From NCBI GenBank assembly GCA_041650335.1, contig JBAZLK010000001.1, positions 228,940 through 292,939 on the forward strand: DNA of 64,000 nucleotides, written 5' to 3'. How positions within the stretch are numbered: position 1 is the first letter of the stretch; each line of letters begins with the position of its first letter. Shown piece by piece: positions 27,274 through 36,177 of the stretch. The stretch is from Patescibacteria group bacterium. Lineage in GTDB: Bacteria > Patescibacteriota > Patescibacteriia > JAHIZJ01. Both the position numbers and the translations under genes were made by a program. Below the pieces are notes generated by a model. The model saw nothing but the letters and a program-made list of their open reading frames with translations. It was not told the DNA's origin and did not search any database.

Positions 27274-29040
27274 ATGGCAAAGGTCTGGCGGAAACAGTAC
27301 TCGGCGCAACGATCCCCGGCGCGGAGATTTGACCGAATGACGTTTCTCGCGGCGGCCATTTTTTTATTTTCCGGGTTTATTGCGTATCGCTTATTTGTTC
27401 TGCAAGTATTGCAACATCCGTTCTATGCCGCTCTCGCGTCTGATCAGCATGATATCTATGAAAAACTCATTCCCGAGCGCGGCGAAATCCTGGTTCACGA
27501 TAAATTCACGGGCGATCGGCTGTATCCGGTGGCGACGAATAAAACCTACCATCTCGTTTACGCGATACCAAAACAGATCGAAGATCCGAAGAAAACCGCT
27601 GAGGCCGTCGCACCGCTCCTGGGCGTGAAACCGGAGGATATACGACCGCGCCTGGAAAAGAAAGACGATCTCTACGAGCCATTGAAGCGGCAGGTGCCGG
27701 ACGAGACTATGGAAAAAATTAATGCGCTGAATATTGCGGGTATCAAGTCTTCAGAAGACAGCTATCGGTATTATCCCGAGGGGAAGTACTTCAGCCATAT
27801 CATCGGGTTTGTCGGCTTCCAGGGCGACGAGCGCAAAGGGCAGTACGGTCTCGAGGGATATTTTGAAAGAGAGCTGGCCGGCCAGACGGGTTTTCTCCAA
27901 GCCCAAATGGACGCCAATGGCCGCTGGATAACAGTTGGGAATTCGAAGATTCAGGAAGCAGTTGACGGCTCCAGCCTGGTCTTAACCATCGATCGGACGG
28001 TTCAATTTACGGTCTGCGACAAATTGACCAAGGCTGTGCAAAAACACGGGGCTGATTCTGGCAGCGCGATTGTCATGAATCCAAAGACCGGCGCGATTAT
28101 AGCCATGTGCAATGCGCCCGATTACGACCCAAATAAATATAATGAGGTGAAAGACGCGAGCGTCTATATCAATCGGGCGATCTACGCCGAGTATGAGCCT
28201 GGCTCTGTTTTTAAAGCCATGACGATGGCCGCCGCTTTAAACGAAGGCGCCGTCGGTCCAAATTCAAAATATACTGATACCGGCAGCGTCGAAATAGGAA
28301 AATACACGATCCGCAACGCCGATAATAAAGTCTACGGCGAGCAAACGATGACTCAGGTGCTGGAGAATTCGATCAACACCGGTGCCATGTACGCGGCCGA
28401 AAAAGTCGGTAATGAAAAGTTTCGGAAATATATGCAGGATTTCGGTTTCGGCGAAAAAACCGATATCACGCTCCAGACGGAAACCGCCGGCGACATCAGC
28501 TCGCTGGATCAAATGAAAGACATTTACCGGGCGACGGCGTCGTTTGGCCAGGGTCTGACGGTGACGCCGCTCCAATTAATTGACGCCTACGCGGCGATCG
28601 CCAACGGGGGCAAACTCATGAAACCGTACCTCGTCGACGAAATTATCAGTCCAGACGGCTATCATAAGAAAACCGAGCCCGAGGAAGTCCGCCAAGTCTT
28701 GTCTTCAAAAACGGCCGCGACTCTCGGCGCCATGCTCGTCCAAGTCGTCGAAAACGGCCACGGGAAAAACGCCGGCGTGCACGGTTATTATATCGCCGGT
28801 AAGACCGGGACTGCCCAGGTGCCGAAAAAGGACGGCGTCGGCTACGATCCGAGCAAAAATATCGGGAGTTTCGCCGGCTTCGGTCCGGTGGAAGACCCGG
28901 TATTTGCCATGGTTGTGAGAATCGATGTGCCACGCGACGTCATGTGGGCGGAAAGCTCGGCCGCGCCGCTTTTTGGCGAAATCGCGGATTTTCTGCTAAA
29001 CTATTACGAAGTTCCGCCGACTCGGACGGAGCAAGAGTAA
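27274..29040 (+). CDS. ftsI: Penicillin-binding protein (class B transpeptidase), FtsI/PBP2-like
   Basis: N-terminal TM; SXXK (GSVFKAM), SXN (NSINTG) and KTG (GKTGTAQ) active-site motifs; 588 aa. Confidence 0.85.
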   Translation: MAKVWRKQYSAQRSPARRFDRMTFLAAAIFLFSGFIAYRLFVLQVLQHPFYAALASDQHDIYEKLIPERGEILVHDKFTGDRLYPVATNKTYHLVYAIPKQIEDPKKTAEAVAPLLGVKPEDIRPRLEKKDDLYEPLKRQVPDETMEKINALNIAGIKSSEDSYRYYPEGKYFSHIIGFVGFQGDERKGQYGLEGYFERELAGQTGFLQAQMDANGRWITVGNSKIQEAVDGSSLVLTIDRTVQFTVCDKLTKAVQKHGADSGSAIVMNPKTGAIIAMCNAPDYDPNKYNEVKDASVYINRAIYAEYEPGSVFKAMTMAAALNEGAVGPNSKYTDTGSVEIGKYTIRNADNKVYGEQTMTQVLENSINTGAMYAAEKVGNEKFRKYMQDFGFGEKTDITLQTETAGDISSLDQMKDIYRATASFGQGLTVTPLQLIDAYAAIANGGKLMKPYLVDEIISPDGYHKKTEPEEVRQVLSSKTAATLGAMLVQVVENGHGKNAGVHGYYIAGKTGTAQVPKKDGVGYDPSKNIGSFAGFGPVEDPVFAMVVRIDVPRDVMWAESSAAPLFGEIADFLLNYYEVPPTRTEQE

Positions 29041-29062
29041 GCACCGTTTTCCCTCGCCAACA

Positions 29063-30340
29063 ATGAAAAAAATCCTGCAACATGTTTTACGCACACTCGC
29101 TCGTCGCGTTTTGTTGCGCTACCGGCCGACGGTAATCGGCATCACCGGCAGCATCGGCAAGACATCGACCAAAGAAGCGATTTATACTGTCCTCCAGAAT
29201 CGTTATCGTTGCCGGCGCAATCAAAAAAACTATAATAACGAAATCGGCGTCCCGTTAACCATCCTCGGCACTGAGACGGGGAAAAAGAACCCGCTGGCCT
29301 GGCTGCGTATTATCGGACGTGGCCTATGGCTGGCCTACGGGAGCGCGGTCGATTATCCGAATACCATCATCCTTGAAATGGGCGCTGACCATCCCGGCGA
29401 CATTGCCTATTTGGTGAAATTCACCCGGCCGGTCATCGGCGTGGTCACGGCCGTCGGCCCGGTCCACCTCGAATATTTTTCAAAAATCGAACAGATCGCG
29501 CGCGAAAAGGGCAAGCTTATTTCCGCCTTGCCGGCGAACGGCGCGGCCATTCTAAACGCCGACGACGACTTAGTCGTCCCGATGCGCGAAAAAACAGCCG
29601 CCCACATTGTCACCTACGGTTTTGGCGAAGAAGCAATGGTTCGGGCGCACGACCTCCGGTATCGGTATGAAACCGGCCACGAAGTCTGGCTGGGCATCAG
29701 TTTTAAAGTAACGTATGCCGGCAGCACTTTTCCCGTGTCATTGCCTCATGTGCTTGGCAAGCATCAGGTCTATCCGGCTCTGGCAGCCCTGGCAGTTGGT
29801 TTTTGCCTAAAACTCAACGCCGTCGAGATCAGCGAATTGCTGCGGGAGTACCGTCCACCGGCCGGCCGGATGAACCTGATTCCGGGGCAGCGCCAAACGC
29901 AGCTGATCGATGATTCGTACAATTCGTCTCCGGCCGCGGCGATATCGGCGTTGAAAACACTCGCCCAACTGCCGCGGACAGGTCAAAAATATGCGCTGCT
30001 CGGTGATATGGCTGAGCTCGGTGCGTATACGATACAAGGACATCAAGAGGTCGGGGAGACTGCGGCAACGTGTGCAGACATTTTGGTTACGGTCGGTGAT
30101 CACGCCAAGCGTATGGCCGCTTCAGCCGCGGAAAAGGGTTTATCGAAGGATAATATCTTTTCGTTTAATACGGCTGAACAGGCCGGCGAGTTTATGCTGA
30201 CGCGCCTGAAGGCCGGCGATGTAATATTGATAAAAGGCTCGCAAGTGGCGCGCATGGAAAAAGCTGTGAAAGCGCTGATGGCCAAGCCAGATCGCGCGGC
30301 TGAGCTGCTTGTCCGGCAGGGGAGCGGCTGGGACAAATAA
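29063..30340 (+). CDS. murF: Mur ligase, most likely UDP-MurNAc-tripeptide--D-Ala-D-Ala ligase MurF (MurE not excluded)
   Basis: GITGSIGKTSTKEAIYTVL P-loop; Mur ligase middle and C-terminal domains; 425 aa is MurF-sized. No second MurE/F paralog is present in the window. Confidence 0.7.
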   Translation: MKKILQHVLRTLARRVLLRYRPTVIGITGSIGKTSTKEAIYTVLQNRYRCRRNQKNYNNEIGVPLTILGTETGKKNPLAWLRIIGRGLWLAYGSAVDYPNTIILEMGADHPGDIAYLVKFTRPVIGVVTAVGPVHLEYFSKIEQIAREKGKLISALPANGAAILNADDDLVVPMREKTAAHIVTYGFGEEAMVRAHDLRYRYETGHEVWLGISFKVTYAGSTFPVSLPHVLGKHQVYPALAALAVGFCLKLNAVEISELLREYRPPAGRMNLIPGQRQTQLIDDSYNSSPAAAISALKTLAQLPRTGQKYALLGDMAELGAYTIQGHQEVGETAATCADILVTVGDHAKRMAASAAEKGLSKDNIFSFNTAEQAGEFMLTRLKAGDVILIKGSQVARMEKAVKALMAKPDRAAELLVRQGSGWDK

Positions 30341-30477
30341 TGAGTTTCGGATGATACAAAACGTTCAGGCGTTTTTTTATTTTATTCTCGTCGCGGAACA
30401 ACGAAATAGTCAGAATCATAAGTTGACGAAACGACCGAATCAAACTACTATGGTTGCGGCCGGAAAGGAGGCTCTCA

Positions 30478-30713
30478 TGAGGCTACGCGCGCTTTCGTCC
30501 ATCAAGCGGACGGGTCAAGGCCTTTTCCAGTGTCTGTGGATCATCGTTATCCTGCCGATCCTCTTAGCGAAAGAAGCGCGGGAGGAACGCGGGAGTGTGT
30601 ACGAAGGCTTTTCCCTCTGCGTTCTGTTCCTTCTTGTCTTGCCGGGCTATGCCGGCATGATCATGGCGATCCTGCATCCGTACCAGTTCCTTGCCTGGCT
30701 GGTCAACGGCTGA
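30478..30713 (+). CDS. Hypothetical small 2-TM membrane protein
   Basis: MRLRALSSIKRTGQGLFQCLWIIVILPILLA...LCVLFLLVLPGYAGMIMAIL. The ORF was trimmed to an internal Met (the listed ORF starts at 30309, overlapping murF). Confidence 0.3.
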
Positions 30714-30809
30714 TCTGTTCACACCGAACAGATCATTTTAATTGGACTTTACAGGGATTAATCATGCGCTATACTATAGCCGTCGTAAGAATTAAAGACG
30801 GCGCTCCAT

Positions 30810-31811
30810 ATGGCGTTTAAACGCCCGAAAATCTGCCTCCTGTTCTGCGGCGGCTCGACCCTGGTCGGCCATGACAATGCGTTGATTGAGGTGACAAAAA
30901 AGTCGGATATTGAACCGTGGCTGGCGGAAGCCTCCGAGCTGGCAATTCTGGCTGACGTGCAGACGGTTTTTGTGTATGGCGATGACCGGAAGACGGTGGC
31001 CGTCGAAACCTGGATCGCCCTGGCGAAGGAAATCCAGAAGCGCTATCAGACCTTCGACGGTTTTGTGATCACACATAACTTCGACTCGATTATCTATACC
31101 GGCGCAGCCCTGAGCTTTATGCTCCGCAACCTCGGCAAACCCGTAGTTCTGACCGGCGCGCAAGAGACCAGCACAGCCGGACCAGCGATCGCCGACCGAT
31201 ACCACGCGCTAGGTATTCGGGCGAACCTTATCAATGCCATCCAGGTCGCGACCCTGAACATTGCCGAGGTTAGCATTATGTATGGCAACGTTCTTTTGCG
31301 AGCGACGCAGACGGTGCGGGCGGCCGGGGCCAAGGGCGAGCTGACCGCCTGGCTCGGCGATAATCTGGGCGAAGTCGATTTCGGGATAAAGCTGTCGGAG
31401 CAGCGTCAACACCGGCAAGGCAGCGCGCTCTTGCTCAGGCCGGAAATCGAAAAGAACGTATTCATGATGCATGTCTACCCGGGTTTTGACCTCAAGGCCA
31501 ATCTTGAGCTTTTAAGCCCGGCCTTGAGAGGGATCATCGTCAGGGCGACTGACGTTATTTTACAGCCCGAAGAGTACGCCGTGCTGGAAGACTTTAGCCA
31601 GCGCCGGCGCAGCCCGGTTTTTCTCCTGGCCGATGCCGAGGCGCCGATTCCAAAAAAAACAAAACTAATCGTGCTGCCACCGATGCTTCCGGAAATTGCC
31701 CTCACAAAGGTGATGTGGGCGCTCGGCCAGAACCATTCACGCGCCGAACTCCGGCAACGGATGAATGAAAATATCGCCCACGAAATTCTTATCCCGCCGG
31801 AAAAACCATGA
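30810..31811 (+). CDS. L-asparaginase/glutaminase-family protein (divergent; catalytic threonines substituted)
   Basis: ICLLFCGGSTLVG versus the canonical TGGTIAG; KPVVLTGAQET versus the canonical KPVVLVGAMRP; the HGTDTM region reads THNFDSI. Overall 333 aa asparaginase architecture. Confidence 0.5.
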   Translation: MAFKRPKICLLFCGGSTLVGHDNALIEVTKKSDIEPWLAEASELAILADVQTVFVYGDDRKTVAVETWIALAKEIQKRYQTFDGFVITHNFDSIIYTGAALSFMLRNLGKPVVLTGAQETSTAGPAIADRYHALGIRANLINAIQVATLNIAEVSIMYGNVLLRATQTVRAAGAKGELTAWLGDNLGEVDFGIKLSEQRQHRQGSALLLRPEIEKNVFMMHVYPGFDLKANLELLSPALRGIIVRATDVILQPEEYAVLEDFSQRRRSPVFLLADAEAPIPKKTKLIVLPPMLPEIALTKVMWALGQNHSRAELRQRMNENIAHEILIPPEKP

Positions 31812-32404
31812 AGATATACTATTTTGCCAGCCAAAGCGAGAAGCGCGCCAATCGGGATAACCAAGCCCGGATCAAAAAGCTGCTTGAGCAGGCCGGCTTG
31901 GTCGTCTTAACCAATCTCCAGGCGGGCAGCGATATCGCCACAAGCTTGCGACAGCGGGCGAACGAGCTCGGCCAAAGCATGCTGGACCAGATGGATGCCA
32001 TCGTGATCGAGGGGTCGGGCAGCGATCCGGAAATCGGGTATTTGCTCGCCTATGGCATTTCAGCCAAGAAGCCAACGCTCTATTTCATCGAGCAGGGGAG
32101 CCAAGCGAACAATCCCTTAGTTTTTCTAGCCACGAAGAATATTCCGAGCCACGTTATTGTGAAGGCCTACACCGCGGCCACGCTTGATACGGCGTTTTAT
32201 GAAATGCTCGGCCGTCTCGAGAACCAGGAATTTACCGAGGCGCCGACGATCAAATTTACCCTCCGGATCACCCATCTGATCGAACAGTATTTGCACTGGA
32301 AAACGCACAACACAAAAATGACAAAGGCTGATTATCTGCGGCGCTTGATCGAAGAGGTGATGAAGAAAGACGAATCGTTTCGCAAATATAAAAAGCACGG
32401 CTAA
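31808..32404 (+). CDS. Nucleoside 2-deoxyribosyltransferase-like domain fused to a C-terminal ribbon-helix-helix-like tail
   Basis: MKIYYFAS...DAIVIEGSGSDPEIGYLLAYGISAKKPTLYF matches the NDT-family pattern (D-G-T/S...E-hG-Y-A...KP). The C-terminal KFTLRITHLIEQYLHWKTHNTKMTKADYLRRLIEEV has a beta-alpha-alpha RHH pattern. 4 nt overlap with the upstream gene. Confidence 0.4.
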   Translation: MKIYYFASQSEKRANRDNQARIKKLLEQAGLVVLTNLQAGSDIATSLRQRANELGQSMLDQMDAIVIEGSGSDPEIGYLLAYGISAKKPTLYFIEQGSQANNPLVFLATKNIPSHVIVKAYTAATLDTAFYEMLGRLENQEFTEAPTIKFTLRITHLIEQYLHWKTHNTKMTKADYLRRLIEEVMKKDESFRKYKKHG

Positions 32405-32658
32405 AAAATATCGTAACGATTAACGGCGTGAAGCGATTCAGGCTGTTTTTTTATTGACAGCCACGTCATGTTTGCTAAACTTGTAGTAGGGAATAGCGCC
32501 GTCGCATAAATCAGCGCCGTCGCAGTTACAACCCAGGCGCTGGCTGCGACCGATGGTTAGGAAGGATATCATCGCCGTCGCACGAGAGAGCCGTCGCTCA
32601 GTCCTGGGGATAGCGCGTTGAAATGCAGAAAGTCGGCCGGGAGCACGTACGAGGCACT

Positions 32659-33078
32659 ATGAATTTAAACAAAGTCAGCCTCATCGGAAATTTGACTCGT
32701 GAACCGATGAGCCGAACCCTGCCGTCTGGCCAGTCAGTCACGAATTTCGGCCTGGCCACCAATCACATCTGGTGGGACGCGAAATCAAAAGAAAAAAAAG
32801 AAAGCGCAGAATTTCACAATATTGTCGCCTGGGGCAAGCTCGGCGAGATCTGCGGGAAGTATCTCAAAAAGGGGAGTAAGGTCTATATCGAGGGCCGTCT
32901 CCAGACGCGCGCCTGGACCGATCGAGCCGGCGCCAAGCGTTCCCGGACCGAAGTGATCGCGGAAAATCTGATCATGCTCGGCCACCTCGGCTCAAAAAAA
33001 GAAGAACAGGCCGAAGCCAAGAAACAAGAGCTCCTGGCGAAAGAAGAGGTTGATGTCCGGCAAGTACCGGTTGAATAG
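32659..33078 (+). CDS. ssb: Single-stranded DNA-binding protein
   Basis: MNLNKVSLIGNLTREPMSRTLPSGQSVTNFGLATN...FHNIVAWGKLGEICGKYLKKGSKVYIEGRLQTRAW is an OB fold; the acidic C-terminus is weakly present. Confidence 0.85.
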   Translation: MNLNKVSLIGNLTREPMSRTLPSGQSVTNFGLATNHIWWDAKSKEKKESAEFHNIVAWGKLGEICGKYLKKGSKVYIEGRLQTRAWTDRAGAKRSRTEVIAENLIMLGHLGSKKEEQAEAKKQELLAKEEVDVRQVPVE

Positions 33079-33238
33079 GTAACAACGATAAGCAACACGT
33101 TCTTTTTAACCAAACCGTTTGCTGCTTGCTCGCCTCGTCCTCAGACCCTAGTGGAAGCCAACCCGTCCTCTGGTTTTCACTGGCGGGAGAAGATCAGGCG
33201 GGCAACCAGGAGTCGGCTTGGCTATAGGTAATTATCAT

Positions 33239-33262
33239 CGACGGGCTAAAAGCCCGTTTTTT
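33239..33262 (+). terminator. Rho-independent terminator ~160 nt downstream of ssb
   Basis: cgacgggctaaaagcccgtttttt. Confidence 0.7.
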
Positions 33263-33444
33263 AATCACTTCTTTTCTGTCCGTCTTCCACTTAATTAATA
33301 AGACAAGTCTCCCTGCCGTCTTTTCCCCGAACCGCTCATCCTGGCGGATTCGGGTTCAGGGCTTCGCCCCGTACCCGAGTCTGCTTTGCGGCGAACGGTA
33401 TGGGGTTTCTGGGAGGCGGACAGGAAAGAGGTGAACGCAAATGA

Positions 33445-33468
33445 AAAGCTTACCCTAGGGTAAGCTCG
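33445..33468 (-). terminator. Rho-independent terminator (perfect palindrome) for the minus-strand Cys-rich small ORF
   Basis: gcttaccctagggtaagc followed on the minus strand by TTTTCATTT. Confidence 0.6.
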
Positions 33469-33494
33469 AGACAGGACAGAGCGATAGGAAGGAA

Positions 33495-33752
33495 TCAGGC
33501 CGGCGGCGTGACAGCAGTGAATAGGTAGGAGGGGTACCAGCGTCCGTTCAAGCCGGCCAGTCTGACGATCTGGAAAGTCAGCGGCATGCAGCAGCAATCG
33601 TATGACGAAGGGCAACCTGGCCAGTGTTCATCGTCCGTGTCGGTATCGACCTCCGTCACCCGAAATCGCCCATCAGGCGGAGCGCTTAAGAGGTCTTGCA
33701 CCTCGGCCTGGCTTTCATCAGCCAATCTGACTAGCTGTCCGACTTGCAGCAT
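33495..33752 (-). CDS. Hypothetical Cys-rich small protein (85 aa) on a GC-rich islet
   Basis: GGAGGT RBS 8 nt before ATG; MLQVGQLVRLADESQAEVQDLLSAPPDGRFRVTEVDTDTDDEHWPGCPSSYDCCCMPLTF...; terminator hairpin immediately downstream. Confidence 0.45.
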   Translation of the reverse strand: MLQVGQLVRLADESQAEVQDLLSAPPDGRFRVTEVDTDTDDEHWPGCPSSYDCCCMPLTFQIVRLAGLNGRWYPSYLFTAVTPPA

Positions 33753-33947
33753 GTTTCCATACCTCCGTGGAGTAAAGGCAAGGGAAAGGGCGAGCATTTA
33801 GAAACCGTATGATACTATCATACACTTTATTAAAACATTAATAAAGCCCAATTATCCACAATATATTTGGCTTTTGTTAGCCAAACTATTAATATTAAAA
33901 AATCCGCCCAGGCTGTCAGGCCAAGGCGGGGCATAGTTGTGTCAGGT

Positions 33948-35312
33948 TCACGGAGCGACGAGGTGGGTTGTGCCGTCCCAGAACGCCAGCTTCAGGTGGC
34001 CGTCTCCCCAGTACTGAAGGCGGTCATTGCCAGGCAGCCAGAGCGGCCCGCCCGCATAGGTATCCGGTAGGCGGCGGCGGTCCCACAGTCCGACGGTACC
34101 GAGGTAGAGCCCGCGCTGGTCGCCAGACTCAGCAAACGCGTATCTGGTCCGGTCGGGTGAGTAGGCGACAGAAGTCAGATTCGCCGTCACTACCACTTTT
34201 CCGCCGGTTCCGGAGAGCGGATCCACCCAGTAAATGCCGTAGAAGTCGGCCCAGAGGAGTATTTCAGGCGCCACCCAGCAAAGCTGCAGCGACGCATTCT
34301 GGAGGGTGCTAATTCTCATGTAAACGGTGTGAACATCGCTCCCGTCGATGCGCATGACGCGGATGATGGCCTGGGTTCCGTACGAATGGTTAACGAAAGC
34401 GATCAGCGAGTCGCCCGGCGAAAACGTCGGGTTGTGGTCGTAGACGAAGCCCTGCGTCTGATAGATCCTCCGCACGACGTTCGAGGGCGCGTCGTACAGA
34501 TAGATTCCGTCGACATAGGCGCCAAAGGCGAGCCGGTCGCCGGAATTCGACCAGACGTAGTCGTCGCTGGCGTGCGGATTCGGAATCTCCGTCCTGATGC
34601 TGCCGTCCCGGTTCGCGATCACGATGCTGTTGTTTGCTGACGTGTAGGCGACATACTGGCCGTTGGGCGACACCCGGTACAAGCCCAGGTTGCTCAAGCC
34701 GGAAGCCAGCACGCCCCACTCAATTCCGTCGGCTCTGATGAGGAACAGCTTGTCGCCGCGGACCTGGGTGAGCATGATGTCCGGGCAGGGCTCGAACGTG
34801 GCCGAGACCGTGGTCGTGTCTTCGCCGGATAGGGTAACCGTCTCGAAGTGCGGGTAGTAACCAGGTAGGCGAAGATACACGTCGCACTTGTCATCGTAGC
34901 CGAGGGGGACGTCGGGAACGATCGCCGGCGTCATGACGGACAGAAGCGTGTCGTTCAGCATGATGTACGCCTGGGGCGGGTTTGACAGCAGGCGCAGGAT
35001 GGCCGGCCGGTGTTCCGAGAAGCTGTGGTACACGGCGGGATTGGCCGAAGCGCTGACTGCGACCGTCTCGGCGTGCGCGTAGTAGCCGTGGATCGTGAAG
35101 GTAACGACATGGTCGCCGTAGTCGACGCCGGCAAGCTCGGCATCCGTCACCAGGCCGGTGTCGATGCCGTCGAGCCAGATGGCCGCGCCTACTGGCAAGG
35201 AACGGCAGTCGATGGTGCCGTGCTTCTCGGGTTCGGTTCCGTTCTGGCTGCAACCGGCAAAGGTGAGAACAAGCGCGGCGCAGATGAAGAGAATGGCCGG
35301 GGAAGTTTTCAT
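33948..35312 (-). CDS. Lipoprotein with PEGA domain(s) and a TolB-like beta-propeller domain
   Basis: Lipobox LTFAGCS; PEGA-like PVGAAIWLDGIDTGL...HVVTFTIHGYYAHAETV; repeated YSPDG/VSPNGQY/SNSGDRLAF blades. ~62% GC against a ~52% backbone. Confidence 0.65.
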   Translation of the reverse strand: MKTSPAILFICAALVLTFAGCSQNGTEPEKHGTIDCRSLPVGAAIWLDGIDTGLVTDAELAGVDYGDHVVTFTIHGYYAHAETVAVSASANPAVYHSFSEHRPAILRLLSNPPQAYIMLNDTLLSVMTPAIVPDVPLGYDDKCDVYLRLPGYYPHFETVTLSGEDTTTVSATFEPCPDIMLTQVRGDKLFLIRADGIEWGVLASGLSNLGLYRVSPNGQYVAYTSANNSIVIANRDGSIRTEIPNPHASDDYVWSNSGDRLAFGAYVDGIYLYDAPSNVVRRIYQTQGFVYDHNPTFSPGDSLIAFVNHSYGTQAIIRVMRIDGSDVHTVYMRISTLQNASLQLCWVAPEILLWADFYGIYWVDPLSGTGGKVVVTANLTSVAYSPDRTRYAFAESGDQRGLYLGTVGLWDRRRLPDTYAGGPLWLPGNDRLQYWGDGHLKLAFWDGTTHLVAP

Positions 35313-35569
35313 GGAGAGGCTCCTTTCATCACCCGCGACGCGGGGCTGAAGGTGGAGGAACTAGGTTTTCGAAACAGCGAAAGAGCTCGTAAATGTAGCA
35401 CCGGGGTAAAGGGCAGTCAAGGCTGTATTATTTGGTAAAATACCGAAATTTGGGTGGACAATATATGGCTTGAGAGAGTATATTTTTAAGAGGAGTTCGG
35501 ATAATAATGAGTTAAGTGAGATAGTTTCGGGTGTTTGGAATGATATATTTCTAGAATACTAATTCATAT

Positions 35570-36100
35570 ATGAGGATAATTACCTTACCACAACTTCATC
35601 AAACTTATGATTATGATTGCGGAGCAAAAGCTTTACAGGCTGTTTTAGTTTATTATGGTATTGAAGTCAGAGAAGACTACATTATTAAATCAGCAGGAAC
35701 CTCAAAAGATGGGACATCAATCCGGGGAATAATAAAAGTTGCCCAGAGCCATGGATTAAAAACCGATTCTAGACAAATGACGATTAATGATATTAAAGGA
35801 TATATTCAAAAGAAGATTCCGGTAATTATTGTTTTGCAAGCATGGGCAGAAAAGAAGAAGGTTAACTGGGAAAATGATTGGATTGATGGTCATTATGTTG
35901 TGGCAGTTGGTTATACAAACGACAGAATACTTTTTGAAGATCCTTATTCTTTTGTGCGCACTTATTTAAAATACGATGAGTTAGAGAAAAGATGGCATGA
36001 TGTTGATACAGATGGAAAAACAAATTTCCATCATGGCATTGCTATATTGGAAAGAGACCACAGTTTAAAAGAGACAAAGTTGTGCATATGGATTAATTAG
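35570..36100 (+). CDS. Peptidase C39-like (papain-fold cysteine peptidase, C39_2-type) standalone domain protein
   Basis: Q...YDYDCGAKALQAVLVYYG (oxyanion Gln plus catalytic Cys), GHYVVAVGY (His) and FEDPY (Asp); no signal peptide; ~36% GC. Confidence 0.65.
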   Translation: MRIITLPQLHQTYDYDCGAKALQAVLVYYGIEVREDYIIKSAGTSKDGTSIRGIIKVAQSHGLKTDSRQMTINDIKGYIQKKIPVIIVLQAWAEKKKVNWENDWIDGHYVVAVGYTNDRILFEDPYSFVRTYLKYDELEKRWHDVDTDGKTNFHHGIAILERDHSLKETKLCIWIN

Positions 36101-36177
36101 CCCGAAAAAATACTTGCTTCACTCCACGGCATATGAGACACAAACGTTAGGTCAAACAAATCTCTAATCCCTAGAAA

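Noticed and set aside
33295-33615. 106-aa minus-strand ORF across the putative structured-RNA region.
   Set aside because: It has no RBS and improbable composition, and it overlaps palindromic/terminator structures.
34329-35438. Multiple Arg/Ala-rich ORFs on both strands inside the PEGA lipoprotein gene.
   Set aside because: They are off-frame products of 62% GC coding sequence. The 33948..35312 frame has a lipobox, PEGA and propeller repeats.
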